Position numbers and translations under genes: made by a program. Below, piece after piece: positions 29,494-40,075 of a stretch of DNA of 64,000 nucleotides; the stretch's first letter is position 1; each line of letters opens with the position of its first letter. The stretch is from contig OY970325.1 in the NCBI GenBank assembly GCA_963717145.1, positions 2,976,001 through 3,040,000 of the forward strand. Reading direction: 5' to 3'. The notes beneath the pieces were generated by a model that was given only the letters and a program-made list of their open reading frames with translations, was not told where the DNA came from and made no database searches. Source of the DNA: an uncultured Armatimonadetes bacterium. GTDB lineage: Bacteria > Armatimonadota > UBA5829 > DTJY01.

Positions 29494-30362
29494 TTCCTAC
29501 CTCCTTCAGGCACGGGCTCGGGCACTGGACTGCCCGCCTTGCTCGGGCCCGCTCCCGGCGAAACGGGCATCGCCGTGCCACCTGCCTGGATCCGGTCACC
29601 CGCCGGTTTGTCTCCATTACCGTTACGAGGCGGTCCCGTCCTGCGGGCCGAGCCGTTTGGTCGTTGCGACGGCCCTGCCGAGGACACTGCCGTCGGCGCT
29701 TTCACTGACGGCTGAGGAGCAGGTTTCGACGGCTGGTCCGCAGGTTTCGCGACGGCCTTGTCGGCTGACTTCGACTCTACCGCGGCAGTCTTGGCGGGTA
29801 CGACCGCCCGACGTCTCGTAACGCGCGAGTTCTTGTCGAGCACGACAAACGATGAGACGGTCATATTGACCTGCAGCTTGTCACTCTCACCCTGTGCATT
29901 CCGGACCTCAAGACGCTCGACGTCGATCAGAGGCACGGCGGTGCTCATGTCTTTCAGTAGTTTCGTGAGATTCTTCAGGTCGGTCTGGACGACGATCCTC
30001 ATCGGGAACCGCTCTATGTTGCTGGACGCGGTCATAGGCTCCGGCTGGAGGTTCTCGATCTTGAGGCCGTTTGCCTGGACGATGCCGGAGACCTGCGCCA
30101 CCATGAAGGGCATTTGATCGCTCCAGGAACAGGTGGACATGCGGCCTCCAAGCTTGAGGGCGAGGTCGCCATAGTCGTCACGCCACTTGGCACGGTCTTT
30201 CAACTCTCCCCTCGACTTGAGGAGGAGCTGCTTCTGCGCCTGGATGCCGTTGGACAGCCTCGACGCCGCCAACTGCTGGGCGATGACTCCGATTGCCAGG
30301 GCCACGACCAGTACGCCGAGCGCGGCGATCGCTACTACATGTATGCGCTTCGAGTTATTCAT
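29490..30362 (-). CDS. T2SS GspM/PilO-like protein
   Basis: Transmembrane segment, coiled coil and ferredoxin-like domain (PLIDVERLEV); operon position. Confidence 0.7.
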   Translation of the reverse strand: MNNSKRIHVVAIAALGVLVVALAIGVIAQQLAASRLSNGIQAQKQLLLKSRGELKDRAKWRDDYGDLALKLGGRMSTCSWSDQMPFMVAQVSGIVQANGLKIENLQPEPMTASSNIERFPMRIVVQTDLKNLTKLLKDMSTAVPLIDVERLEVRNAQGESDKLQVNMTVSSFVVLDKNSRVTRRRAVVPAKTAAVESKSADKAVAKPADQPSKPAPQPSVKAPTAVSSAGPSQRPNGSARRTGPPRNGNGDKPAGDRIQAGGTAMPVSPGAGPSKAGSPVPEPVPEGGRK

Positions 30363-31971
30363 TGCACCACTATCCCCGTCTTCCCACTGCTGGCTGGTTT
30401 CACCTTGCCCGTCGAAGATCGGCCGACAAGACCCTTCTGAATGGGCAGCGAGCACGTAATCTGGAACTCATACCCCTGGCTGCTCTTCGCCAGGTTCGAG
30501 AAATCCAATGACACATCTTTGAACAAGTCCAACTGGTTCAGCACATCAACGGCATCGGCAACCGCCGAGTTGGAAAGCGCTGATCCCTTGACGACGACCG
30601 CCTTGTTGCACTCGAAGGCGTACTCCGACAGCCAGACGCTTCTCGGCAGGACCGTGCTCATCTGGCGCAGAATGTCCAGCGGACAGGTCTCCTTGTTCTG
30701 AATCGCCTGCACGACCTGCGTCACGTTGCCGGCCGGCGACTGAAGGTTCGGGCCGGCCTGTCGCGTGTTCCGTTGGATGACATCCACCTCGGACTTCACC
30801 AGGTTGAACTCGGCGGACTTTTCGCTGAGTCCCGGGCCGCCCCCCAGCAGCATCATGAGGAGGACCACCGCGACCCCACCGAGGCTCGACAGAGTCACAA
30901 TCTCCTTGCGGCGGCGAGTCCGTTCCTCAGCACGGTGCTGCGGCATCAGGTTCACGGTTGACTTGCCCTCAAGCCCTGCCTTCGCCAGTCCGGTGGCCGT
31001 CGCGAATTCGGCCGGCGAGCCGCGCAACGTGTGCTCTGCTACGGCGCTGATGGTCATGCCGGCCCACGGATCCCCGATCTCCAACTGCAGGCCGGCTCGC
31101 CGAGTAAGCTCATCAGCCAGTCCCGGCACGTCCGTTACCTCGCCGACGAGTACCGCGCGCTGCGGGCGCTGGTCGCTCTCTTCGAGCCGGCGCAGATACC
31201 GCCGAACGGCGTATCTTCGAGGGAGAGTTTCTCCACCCAGCCCTCGATCGCGGGGCACTCCGCGGCCCCGAGGGTCGAGAGCGGCGAGAGTCCCCGAGTC
31301 TTCCTGATCTCCCTGGCATCCTCGGCGTTCTCGCTCAAGTCTTGTGTGAAGGCTTGCGTAAGCTCATCGCTTCCCACGCGAGCCGTCCGGTATGAGATGA
31401 TCTGATCGCCATCCACCGTGCAGAAGTCGGCCCACTCAGCCCCCACCTGCACCACAAGGACGGGCTCGTCTTTCGGCAGGACGACTCCATCGACCGCCGC
31501 CAGCGCGGATACCATCAGAGCATCCGGAGAGAGTTTCGCCCGCTCCAACGCTCCGAGGGTCTTCTCGACATCGGACTTGCGCACTCCTCCGATCACGACG
31601 TGGCACATCGCATCGCCGGTTTCGGAATCCACGCTGTAATCCCATACGAGATCGCTCAAGGGGAGCGGGATCTGCGACTCGGCCTCGAAGCGCACCATCC
31701 GCGCCAGGTCGGCCGGTTTCGCCTTCGGGACCTGGGCAAGCTTCACGGAGCAAAGGTGAGTCGGAAGCGATCCGACCACCCGCCCGGGGCTCGTCTCAGT
31801 GTCGAGCAGGAAGTCGCTCAGCGCCGCGGAGACATCGCCGTCCTCGGGGACGGAAATGCACGCCGCCTGAGTCACCTCGAGCTTTCCGGCCGTCCTTCTG
31901 AGTTCGACTACTCTGATATCCTTGACACCGATATCGATGCCAAGACACGTCTTTGGACCTAGTATTGTCAT
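30359..31971 (-). CDS. GspL-like PilM-PilN fusion (indel near 31215)
   Basis: CLGIDIG actin-like start, RFEAESQIP, VNLMP + transmembrane segment + LPRSVWLSEY PilN-like domain. Confidence 0.75.
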
Positions 31972-31974
31972 AAG

Positions 31975-33180
31975 TTACTCCCGCCAGTATTTGGTCTGGA
32001 CCTGATCCCCTGAAGCATCGACTATGCACACGATCGTGCAGGCCAACTGGCTCTGCTCCAAGCGGCCCGTTGCTGTGATCTTGAAGACTTGCGACCGGAC
32101 GGTCATATAGTCCGCCGACCTGGCGAATGCGTCGTCCGTCACACCTGCCACGTTCAATATCTTGCCCACGTCCTCGAATGGGCCGTTCGACTGCCGGTAC
32201 GTGATGATCTCCTCCGCGATTCCCTCATCCATGCCGGGAAGCGCAGAAAGCACCTCCGCCCGCGCGGTATTGATGTTGACCAGGCCCGGAATGGCATTGC
32301 CGCCGTCATCAGGCCGGACGAGATCTCCTCGGATGGTATCCGTACTCCCGGATCCGCTTGATCTGATGGTGATCCGGTCGAATATCGCGGCGACCTTATC
32401 CCGCCCCAAGTCACGCACTCGGATCACGTCCCCGGCGGTTCTGAAAGTCCTTCTTCCGCGACGTGCAATGATCGCATCAATGTCGCGCTCGGTCAGCTCG
32501 CCGGTGAACTTCTGTGTCAGTTGCTCCTTGCTCGCGGTCTGGATGTTGATCCGTTCCTCGCCTTCGACCGTCGTGTTCTCGTCGTGCGAGTAAGCGGTCA
32601 ACATGTTGGCGAGTGTCTTGCCATCCTGACTCACAGGCGATGCAAGCATCTCTTCCGTAATCTCCTTCACGAGCCGGAGTTCCAGAACGGTCTCGAACGG
32701 CTTGCTCTTGCACGTGTACGGCTCGGGTAGCCCCGAATAATACTGCGTCTCGGCCCCGAGCGGCTGAGGCTGATCGTCGGTGTCCCGCCAGTCGATTATC
32801 GAGTCCGCGGCATCCCGACTCCCGAACAGAATCTCAAGTACGCTCTGTTCGGCGGCGTTTACGTTGATCTTGCCGGCCTCATCCTCGATGACGACTTCGA
32901 AAGATGCGCCACCGAGGTCAATATCCTCCTGCTGGGATGAGAGCATCAGGCCACTCTCATTCAGGTAAGTTGTCGGCTGCTCCTTAAGCTTCTCGATCTC
33001 GGCCAGCGCCCGGTTGATGCCGGCGCGGGCCGCCCATCGGCACTGCATGAGCCCGCTGAAGTTGTGAGAGACCTGGGCCTCCGTCCGCGCCATCACGCCG
33101 ATCCCCGCCGCGAGCACGACGAGCGCCGCCAGAATCCAGAGAGTCGTGACCAGGGCTATCCCACTTCGATTACGGAGCAA
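31975..33180 (-). CDS. gspK: Minor pseudopilin GspK with HhH motifs
   Basis: GIALVTTLWIL, DEAGKINVN, IIDWRDTD, VNINTARAEVLSALPG. Confidence 0.9.
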   Translation of the reverse strand: MLRNRSGIALVTTLWILAALVVLAAGIGVMARTEAQVSHNFSGLMQCRWAARAGINRALAEIEKLKEQPTTYLNESGLMLSSQQEDIDLGGASFEVVIEDEAGKINVNAAEQSVLEILFGSRDAADSIIDWRDTDDQPQPLGAETQYYSGLPEPYTCKSKPFETVLELRLVKEITEEMLASPVSQDGKTLANMLTAYSHDENTTVEGEERINIQTASKEQLTQKFTGELTERDIDAIIARRGRRTFRTAGDVIRVRDLGRDKVAAIFDRITIRSSGSGSTDTIRGDLVRPDDGGNAIPGLVNINTARAEVLSALPGMDEGIAEEIITYRQSNGPFEDVGKILNVAGVTDDAFARSADYMTVRSQVFKITATGRLEQSQLACTIVCIVDASGDQVQTKYWRE

Positions 33181-33886
33181 CTGGTTCCCCCTGCGCCGGT
33201 GATGGATTCAGGTTCACGGTGGATGCGACTATCACCGGCTTGGCATCCTTTCGCTCGGGCCGCACGAGCAGCTCGACCCTGACGGCTTTGGGCGGTGTCG
33301 TCCTCTGTATCCAATCATCCTGCCACTCATCAGTATCGCCGTCCAGGTACTTGCAGTTGAAGCCGACGACCATCGTCGACAGCTCGAAAGGCTCCGGCTG
33401 CTCATCAGATATGCTCAGCCCGGGACGCGGATCGACGCTGACGAAGAAACCGTCCGGCTCATTATCCGGAGTCACCTCCAACGCGTAGGTCACCCTGCGC
33501 TGATCGCCCGAGGGACCTTTGACGGGCATGATGCTGTTGGCGGTTGTCAGGAATGACAGCTTGTCATGCTGGAGCGCGGTGCTGCTGCCCTCGGTGTCCT
33601 CACCCTCCAGACTGCTCGACTCCTCGCCCGGCTGCTGATACGCGCAACTCAGGTCCTTGTTGATCTGTGACAGCAGTATCCTGGCCGTCTGATTCAGATC
33701 CGCGCGCTCCTCAGCCACCGAGGCGCTCGAAGTCGCAGCGCGGTACGTCCCATAGATCGCTCCGATGATGATCGTGAAGATCACGAGCGCCACCATCGTC
33801 TCGATGAGCGTGAAACCGGCACAGTATCCGTCAGTCCTGAGTGCTCGTAGCCTGGCGGAGAGTGTATCGAAGGACGACTTCATCAT
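33170..33886 (-). CDS. gspJ: Minor pseudopilin GspJ
   Basis: GFTLIETMVAL; W..DW....PKAVRVEL. Confidence 0.8.
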   Translation of the reverse strand: MMKSSFDTLSARLRALRTDGYCAGFTLIETMVALVIFTIIIGAIYGTYRAATSSASVAEERADLNQTARILLSQINKDLSCAYQQPGEESSSLEGEDTEGSSTALQHDKLSFLTTANSIMPVKGPSGDQRRVTYALEVTPDNEPDGFFVSVDPRPGLSISDEQPEPFELSTMVVGFNCKYLDGDTDEWQDDWIQRTTPPKAVRVELLVRPERKDAKPVIVASTVNLNPSPAQGEPVAP

Positions 33887-34347
33887 CCCGGACCTCCCGG
33901 CGGAGGCTCGGGACCTGGAGACGGCTCCGATGTCGATTCCGGCGATCCGCTCTGCTCGGTAGACCTGAGGCAGGTGAACAACCGGAAGAACTTCGCACTA
34001 TCGCCGACCCTGCGGATCACACGTATTTCGGTGCGATAGAGATTCGCCTCGGGCGACTGCTGGATCTGCGCCTCCCACGTGTAATCCGGGAGGTCCGTGC
34101 CGAACGATCCTGATAGCGGCCCCGTTTCCAGATTCGGTTGCCGTTCGATCTCGCAGGCAACCCGCTGGGCCAGGAGCGCCATGTTGGAGTTCGACTCCGC
34201 TGCTTTGACTGTCAAGGTGCTGAATGAAAACGCCTGGAGCACTCCCACGATGCCGATTGCCAGGACCGCCATAGCGACCAGCAGTTCGAGCATCGTAAGA
34301 CCGCTCTCGTTATTTCGGATTTCGGATTTCGAATTTCGAATTTGCAT
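33883..34347 (-). CDS. gspI: Minor pseudopilin GspI
   Basis: GLTMLELLVAMAVL prepilin motif; operon position. Confidence 0.78.
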   Translation of the reverse strand: MQIRNSKSEIRNNESGLTMLELLVAMAVLAIGIVGVLQAFSFSTLTVKAAESNSNMALLAQRVACEIERQPNLETGPLSGSFGTDLPDYTWEAQIQQSPEANLYRTEIRVIRRVGDSAKFFRLFTCLRSTEQSGSPESTSEPSPGPEPPPGGPG

Positions 34348-34843
34348 CTATGCTGCAGCGTCCGGTGACTCCGTCCACGGTGATCCGGCGCACCCTGCCT
34401 TTCGAATCCGTGATGACGACCGCCGCTCTCTCCGACTGACCGACTTGATTGAAACTGATGAAGTCCTCTTCCGCGTCTGTGCCGGGCTTCTCGACGGGCG
34501 CCAGTTCCAGTCCCCTGGGCAGCCTGCGATACTTGCCGACCGAAGTCGTCAGCGGCACAAGGCTCTCCACGCCCTTCTCATCCTTCATCCGTGCCTCGAC
34601 CCGGATGCCTGTTTCGGTGCGGTCGAAGGCCACGCGCGTCTCCGTCTGGTGCGCCACGGCATAACTCCGCGCATAGTTGACCACAGAGACGATCATCCGC
34701 GCGCCGGACCGCAGCCTGGCATCGCTCAGGGCGGGAGCCATTGACACGACGACAACAGTGCTCATCAGCACGAAAATCACCATCACCACCATCAGCTCGA
34801 TGGTGGTGAAGCCTCGTCTAGTCCCAGTTGGCAACATCGGCAT
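34310..34843 (-). CDS. gspH: Minor pseudopilin GspH/FimT
   Basis: GFTTIELMVVM; YARSYAV. Confidence 0.78.
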   Translation of the reverse strand: MPMLPTGTRRGFTTIELMVVMVIFVLMSTVVVVSMAPALSDARLRSGARMIVSVVNYARSYAVAHQTETRVAFDRTETGIRVEARMKDEKGVESLVPLTTSVGKYRRLPRGLELAPVEKPGTDAEEDFISFNQVGQSERAAVVITDSKGRVRRITVDGVTGRCSIDANSKFEIRNPK

Positions 34844-35240
34844 CGCTGCCGGTTCCGCCTTCCTTGCCGTCCCGACCGAGCGTCGAGAGATCGAACGACT
34901 CGATGTTATTCTGGCCCGGGCATTCATACATGTATTCTCTTCCCCACGGGTCCGCCGGGATGGCCTTCTTCACGTATGGGCCGTTCCAGTTCTGGAGATC
35001 CTCGTTGGCCGGCTTGACCTTCAGGGCGGCGGTGCCCTCGTCGGTAGTCGGATACCGGTTGCAGTGGACGTAGAACTGGTCGAGCGCACTCTCCATGGTA
35101 TCGATATCCGCCACCGCCTTTGCATGCCGCGCCTCTTCCACTCGCTTGATGACGACGAGCGACACGACGCTGGCCAGTAGTACGATTATGACCATGACGA
35201 CCAGCAGTTCGAGAAGGGTGAATCCCCGCCTGCTGCGCAT
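34818..35240 (-). CDS. gspG: Major pseudopilin GspG
   Basis: GFTLLELLVVMVII, YPTTDEG, WNGPY, DPWGREY, GRDGKEGG. Confidence 0.93.
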   Translation of the reverse strand: MRSRRGFTLLELLVVMVIIVLLASVVSLVVIKRVEEARHAKAVADIDTMESALDQFYVHCNRYPTTDEGTAALKVKPANEDLQNWNGPYVKKAIPADPWGREYMYECPGQNNIESFDLSTLGRDGKEGGTGSDADVANWD

Positions 35241-35298
35241 GACCGCATTCAAATCGCGTAAGAGCATCTGTAACCTCGGCTTTCCGTTCATTCGTCTT

Positions 35299-35510
35299 CT
35301 GTAGGGGAGGCCTTCAACGGCCTCCCGCTCGGGCGGGCGTAGAAGCACCGCCCCTACAGCACATCGTTCCTGGTCCGTAGGGGAGGCCTTCAACGGCCTC
35401 CCGCTCGGGCGGGCGTAAGAAGCACCGCCCCTACAGCACATCGTTCCTGGTCCGTAGGGGAGGCCTTCAACGGCCTCCCGCTCGGGCGGGCGTAGAAGCA
35501 CCGCCCCTAC
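35299..35510. repeat. BIME-like array: three ~77-bp units of REP family A + inverted REP family B
   Basis: GTAGgggaggccttcaacggcctccc-gctc-gggcgggcgtagaagcaccgcccCTAC three times, with linker agcacatcgttcctggtcc. Confidence 0.92.
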
Positions 35511-36733
35511 CCTGATGTAAGATTCAGTTGGAATACCGGCAGGAGCATCGCCATTATGATGAAGGCGATCATGCTCCCGACGGTGATTATGATCAACGGC
35601 TCGAGCAGCGAAACGAGGCTCTTCAGGGACGCATCGACCTCGACATCATACGAATTCGCTACCGTGAGCAGTGTCCCCTGGAGGTCGCCGGTCTCCTCCC
35701 CGACGCCGACCATGTGGGTCAACAGCGGCGGAAAGACTCCGGTGTCCTTCAGTCGGGTCGCGAAACTCTCTCCTTCGCGCATACCTTCGCGCACCTGGTC
35801 CGCACCGCGCGCCAGCACCTCATTCCCCGCGACCTCGCGCACGACAACCATCGAGTCGAGCAGCGGGACTCCGCCCTTGAGCAGTGTCGCAGTCGTTCTG
35901 GCAAACCGCGAGACCGCCGACTTCAGTATCAGCTTTCCGAACAGCGGCATCTTGAGCTTCCAGCGATCCACGTGCAGTCGTCCGTTCGTGCTGCGGCCGT
36001 ACTCCTTCATCCCTACGACGAGACCGACAACCGACCCGATGATGAGCCACCACCAGTGTGTCAGGAACGCCGAAACCCCGAGCATGATGATCGTCGGCAG
36101 CGGGAGCGCCTGGTTGAACTCCTCGAAAATCGTTACGAATCGCGGGACTACGAATGTCACCAGCAGGAAGACTGAACTCAGGCCGACCGTTATCAGGAGC
36201 ACCGGATACGCCAGCGCGCTTCTGATCTGCAGCTTCTGGGTCTGCTCCTTCTCCTGATAGTCCGCGAGCCACAGCAGGACGTCGGACAACTGGCCACTCG
36301 CCTCGCCTGCTTTGACCATGCTGACGTACAGCGGCGGGAATATCCTGGGATGCGAGCTGAGCGCCTCCCAGAGCGCCTTGCCGCTCTGGACATCCTGCTG
36401 CATCCTCTGCATCACCGCGCGCAGTCGAGTGCTCTCCGTATGCTCGGTGAGGGCCGCGAACGTGCGCATCAACGGCAACCCGCCCGCGACGAGGTTGGCA
36501 AGCTGGCGACTGAATACCGTCAGATCGCGGCTATTGATCCCGCCGCCGACCTTGAATGCTTCCGCCCGAGTCTCGGACGCGGCTGATTGGCTGTCCCCGA
36601 CGGCTCGGACATCCACAGGGAAGAGCCCCAGGCCCTTGATCTGCAGGATGGCGGTCTTCTCATCGTCAGCGGTGACCCGGCCGGCAACCGATCGGCCTCC
36701 ATTATCCAAACCTTTGTAAGTGAAACCTGGCAT
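35507..36733 (-). CDS. gspF: T2SS inner membrane platform protein
   Basis: FSRQLANLV.GGLPL, MVKAGEASGQL, ALAYP, GEETGDL, LLEPLII. Confidence 0.93.
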   Translation of the reverse strand: MPGFTYKGLDNGGRSVAGRVTADDEKTAILQIKGLGLFPVDVRAVGDSQSAASETRAEAFKVGGGINSRDLTVFSRQLANLVAGGLPLMRTFAALTEHTESTRLRAVMQRMQQDVQSGKALWEALSSHPRIFPPLYVSMVKAGEASGQLSDVLLWLADYQEKEQTQKLQIRSALAYPVLLITVGLSSVFLLVTFVVPRFVTIFEEFNQALPLPTIIMLGVSAFLTHWWWLIIGSVVGLVVGMKEYGRSTNGRLHVDRWKLKMPLFGKLILKSAVSRFARTTATLLKGGVPLLDSMVVVREVAGNEVLARGADQVREGMREGESFATRLKDTGVFPPLLTHMVGVGEETGDLQGTLLTVANSYDVEVDASLKSLVSLLEPLIIITVGSMIAFIIMAMLLPVFQLNLTSG

Positions 36734-36785
36734 ATTTCTTCAGTTATCAGTCGTCAGTGGGAGTAGTCTCTGTCCGCGGCCCTGG

Positions 36786-36901
36786 CAAACCCCCTCGGCC
36801 CAGAGGCCGGTCCCCCTTCGTAAGGGGGACATCACCGAACCCCTCGCGCCAAAGATGTCCCCCTTACGAAGGGGGACCGGCCTCTGGGCCGAGGGGGTTT
36901 G
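36786..36901. repeat. Palindromic doublet, family D
   Basis: caaaccccctcggcccagaggccggtcccccttcgtaagggggacatc followed by an inverted copy. Confidence 0.9.
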
Positions 36902-36913
36902 ACCGGCCGCCAA

Positions 36914-38602
36914 TCATTCCGCGATGTCGAGTTCGTCCTGCTGTGTCGCGCGGACGACCTCTTCGACAGTTGTGATCCCGGCGCGAACCTTCGACCAGCC
37001 ATCCTGCCGGAGAGTCGTCATCTTTCGCTCGCAGGCTGAATCGCGGATCTCGCCCGCCGGCGCTCGATTGAGTACCAGGGCGCGAATCTTGTCGTCAATC
37101 ACGAGCAGTTCGAAGATGCCCGTCCGTCCGAGATAACCCCTTCGCTTGCAGTGCTCGCACCCCTTGCCCTGATAGAGAGTGCGCGATCCCGCCAGCTCGG
37201 CATCCTGTTGACGGAGCTTGGAAAGGACTTCATCGGCGTCCTTGCGGGGCTCCTTGCAGTTCGGGCAGATCACGCGCACGAGGCGCTGTGCGAGTACGGC
37301 CTCGACCGACGAGGCGACTAGATATGGTTCGATATCCATTTCGAGCAGGCGCGTGACGGCGCCTGCCGCGTCGTTTGTGTGCAGTGTGCTGAACACCAGG
37401 TGCCCCGTGAGCGCCGAGTGAATCGCGATCTCCGCGGTCTCGGGGTCTCTGATCTCACCGACCATGATGATGTCCGGGTCCTGGCGCAGGATGTGCCGGA
37501 GTCCGTTCGCAAACGTGAGGCCGATGCGCGCGTGTACCTGGATTTGGTTCACGCCGTCAAGCTGATACTCGACAGGGTCCTCGATGGTGATGATCTTCTT
37601 CTCCGGCGAGTATGCCCTCTGCAGCGCGCCGTAGAGGGTCGTCGTCTTACCGCTTCCAGTGGGACCGGTTGCGAGGATCATCCCGTGCGGGAGGGTGATC
37701 AGTTTCTCCATGCGCTTGAGGTCTGTCCCGAGCATCCCTACCTTCTCGAGGCTGTAACTCATGCTGCTCCGATCGAGGAGTCTCAGGACGACGCTCTCGC
37801 CGAACAGGGTCGGGACCGTCGATACGCGGATGTCGATCTCTCGTCCGCCGATCTTCGTTTTGATGCGTCCGTCCTGCGGCAGTCGTCTCTCCGCGATGTC
37901 GAGGTTCGACATGATCTTGAGGCGCGAGATGATCGCAGACTGGAGGCGTTTCGGCGGGGCCGAGATCTCATGTAGCATGCCGTCTACGCGGTAGCGGACA
38001 TGGAGACCCTTCTCGAACGGCTCGACGTGTACGTCACTCGCGCGTTCCTGGACCGCCTGCCGAAGGACCAGGTTGACGAGCTTGATGACCGTCGCTTCCT
38101 TGGCCATCCGCTCGAGGTCGCCGATCTCGTCCTGCGACTCATCGAGGATCTGTATCTCCTCGTCGGCGGTGTCGGCGATCATTCGCCGCATGTAGTGCTC
38201 TTCGACGAGGCGGCGTATCTCCTTCGGGTCGGCGAACACGAGATCGACGGCGAGGCCGGTCACCATGCGGATGTCGTCCGCGGCGCAGATGTTGAACGGA
38301 TCGGCGATGGCCACCTTGATGGTATGATCGCTAAGGCTCAGAGGCAGCGCCTGATGTCGGTAGGCAAGCTCGGGCGGAATGAGCGAGATCACCTGGGGAT
38401 TCAGATCGTCTTCCCTGATGTCGATCAGGCATCCGCCTGCCTGTGCGGCGAGGGCTTCCTGCACCTTCTCAGGCGTGCAGAAACCCATATTGACGACTAC
38501 CTCACCGAGGAGTTGGCCCGTATCGCGCTGCACGGCCAATGCCTGCTGCAACTGCTCTTCGGAGAGAGGTACTCGCTCCTGCAATAATTCGGCTATGCGC
38601 AT
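36914..38602 (-). CDS. gspE: T2SS ATPase
   Basis: ASDVHVEP, LDIAERRLPQDG, TGPTGSGKTTT, LRQDPDIIMVGEIRD, GHLVFSTLHTN and tetra-Cys motif. Confidence 0.95.
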   Translation of the reverse strand: MRIAELLQERVPLSEEQLQQALAVQRDTGQLLGEVVVNMGFCTPEKVQEALAAQAGGCLIDIREDDLNPQVISLIPPELAYRHQALPLSLSDHTIKVAIADPFNICAADDIRMVTGLAVDLVFADPKEIRRLVEEHYMRRMIADTADEEIQILDESQDEIGDLERMAKEATVIKLVNLVLRQAVQERASDVHVEPFEKGLHVRYRVDGMLHEISAPPKRLQSAIISRLKIMSNLDIAERRLPQDGRIKTKIGGREIDIRVSTVPTLFGESVVLRLLDRSSMSYSLEKVGMLGTDLKRMEKLITLPHGMILATGPTGSGKTTTLYGALQRAYSPEKKIITIEDPVEYQLDGVNQIQVHARIGLTFANGLRHILRQDPDIIMVGEIRDPETAEIAIHSALTGHLVFSTLHTNDAAGAVTRLLEMDIEPYLVASSVEAVLAQRLVRVICPNCKEPRKDADEVLSKLRQQDAELAGSRTLYQGKGCEHCKRRGYLGRTGIFELLVIDDKIRALVLNRAPAGEIRDSACERKMTTLRQDGWSKVRAGITTVEEVVRATQQDELDIAE

Positions 38603-38855
38603 TGCTCATCTTTCCGTTTTGTAATAACCAGGTACTATGACCCGGAATTGGCCCGGATTGTTCCTGATACCGTTTACATCCTGCGATCTTCCGCTACCCA
38701 GTACTTAGACGCGTATTCAGCCTGAAAAGTTGTGAAACCGGCGGAGATGCTTGCATCACGCACCCGCGAACCGTCGTTGCTCAATGGTCTTAGATACTCG
38801 CCGGCGTCATCTCCTTCAATCGGTTCCTGATGCAGAAAGAAGAGGGAACCGTCTG

Positions 38856-38972
38856 GTCCTGAGTGCGCCGGTGAATGACGGCGTGTATCGAAGGACGGTG
38901 GAACATGCACAAAGGTTGGTGGCACAAGGCCGTCCTTCGATACACGCCGTCATTCACCGGCGCACTCAGGAC
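38856..38972. repeat. Palindromic doublet (GTCCTGAG...CGAAGGAC family); a single related copy at ~14007-14047
   Basis: gtcctgagtgcgccggtgaatgacggcgtgtatcgaaggacgg followed by an inverted copy. Confidence 0.88.
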
Positions 38973-38993
38973 TAGCGGGTTCTGGGAAACAAG

Positions 38994-39026
38994 AAAAAGG
39001 GCGGGACACCTTCCGGCATCCCGCCC
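38994..39026 (-). terminator. Rho-independent terminator after paralog 2
   Basis: Minus strand gggcgggatgccggaaggtgtcccgccc followed by TTTTT. Confidence 0.7.
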
Positions 39027-39058
39027 ATTCCGACTTCTGACTCCTGACTCCTTGCCAC

Positions 39059-39733
39059 CTACGCGGCAATCGTCGCGACATCCACCTCGCTCCAGTCGCC
39101 TTTCTCACCGGAGCGGCTGATCCACCGCATGCGATAGTAGGCCGGCTGGTTCGCATCCTCAGCAGCGAACTCGACCACATACGGGCTGCGGGTCGCAACG
39201 CCGACCATCCGCATGTCCGTGTTGTTGATCGGCGGCTCGCCGATCTTCAGCCAGACCTCCGCGCCGAGCGCGCCTGCGGGCTTGGCCCTGCTCGTGCCGG
39301 TATCCGTCGAGTTCTGGATGCGGAGCACGTGCTTCAGGTGCGGGCGGATGTCGATGTTTGCGGTCGGCCTGTTGTCCTGAAGCGTGACGCTCTGAGGAGT
39401 ATTGCTCGATCCCCGGAGCGGTATCGCCATCTCCTGCCGGTCGACGTTCGTCGTGCCGGGGTGGGTCTGGATTCGGGCGACCAGCGGGCGGATGAGTTCC
39501 TCACAAGCTGCGCGGTTGATCTTCTTGTCCTCACTCGCAGAGGCTGCGGCCGTCTTGGCGGCATCCCATGCGAGCCGCGCCGTGTTGAAACCCGGCTCTG
39601 CGGCGGCAATATCGGTGACATCGCCGGCCACGAGTCCGAACTTGGCGAGATTCGAACTCACGTAGGCGATGAAAGTGCTCATCCACATCGTGAATTCGAG
39701 ATCGCTGCTCGGCAAATAGGTTGAAGAGGCCAT
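39059..39733 (-). CDS. Hypothetical protein, helical + FN3/Ig-like domain (paralog 2)
   Basis: Collinear with 12995-13660, sharing YLP, KH, AKPAG, AYYR.RW, GE.G.WS and ATIAA*. Confidence 0.85.
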   Translation of the reverse strand: MASSTYLPSSDLEFTMWMSTFIAYVSSNLAKFGLVAGDVTDIAAAEPGFNTARLAWDAAKTAAASASEDKKINRAACEELIRPLVARIQTHPGTTNVDRQEMAIPLRGSSNTPQSVTLQDNRPTANIDIRPHLKHVLRIQNSTDTGTSRAKPAGALGAEVWLKIGEPPINNTDMRMVGVATRSPYVVEFAAEDANQPAYYRMRWISRSGEKGDWSEVDVATIAA

Positions 39734-39859
39734 GTCTATGCCCTCACTTGATGGCCGACGACGCGCCGGCCGGTAGTCGGCGCAGTGTGACCCGAGCCGC
39801 CGTTCATATTATCGGCATTCAGGGCAGACTTCTCCAGCGATAGACGTGTAACCGCTCGA

Positions 39860-40075
39860 TCGGGGAACGGCATTCCCAAGCCGGGGGGTGGCATAAGTAT
39901 GCACGCGAACGCCTCAGGTATGACTACCCACGTCACCGGGAGGCATGGGAACGTGATAAGTATGCATACCCAAAGCACCGGTAGGCCGGGGATCGCCATC
40001 GGGACGCATACTTCTGAGATCAGGATTCGTGGGAATATGGTTTGCGGATCGAGGCACGGGAGGATGGGTGCGCGT
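39860..40075. repeat. Degenerate 21/42-nt periodic array
   Basis: gggaac/gcgaac/gggaac/gggatc/gggaat at 39863, 39905, 39947, 39989 and 40031; ataagtatgca twice, 63 nt apart. Confidence 0.7.

Noticed and set aside
25090-29715. Long plus-strand ORFs (611, 424 and 411 aa)
   Set aside because: They are antisense shadows of the oxidoreductase and gspD/C/M genes in GC-rich DNA and have no recognisable motifs.
35299-35510. CRISPR array or N-terminal extension of GspG
   Set aside because: The linkers are identical and the units are GTAG-REP pairs found elsewhere. The upstream ORF extension is REP read-through ahead of the prepilin motif.
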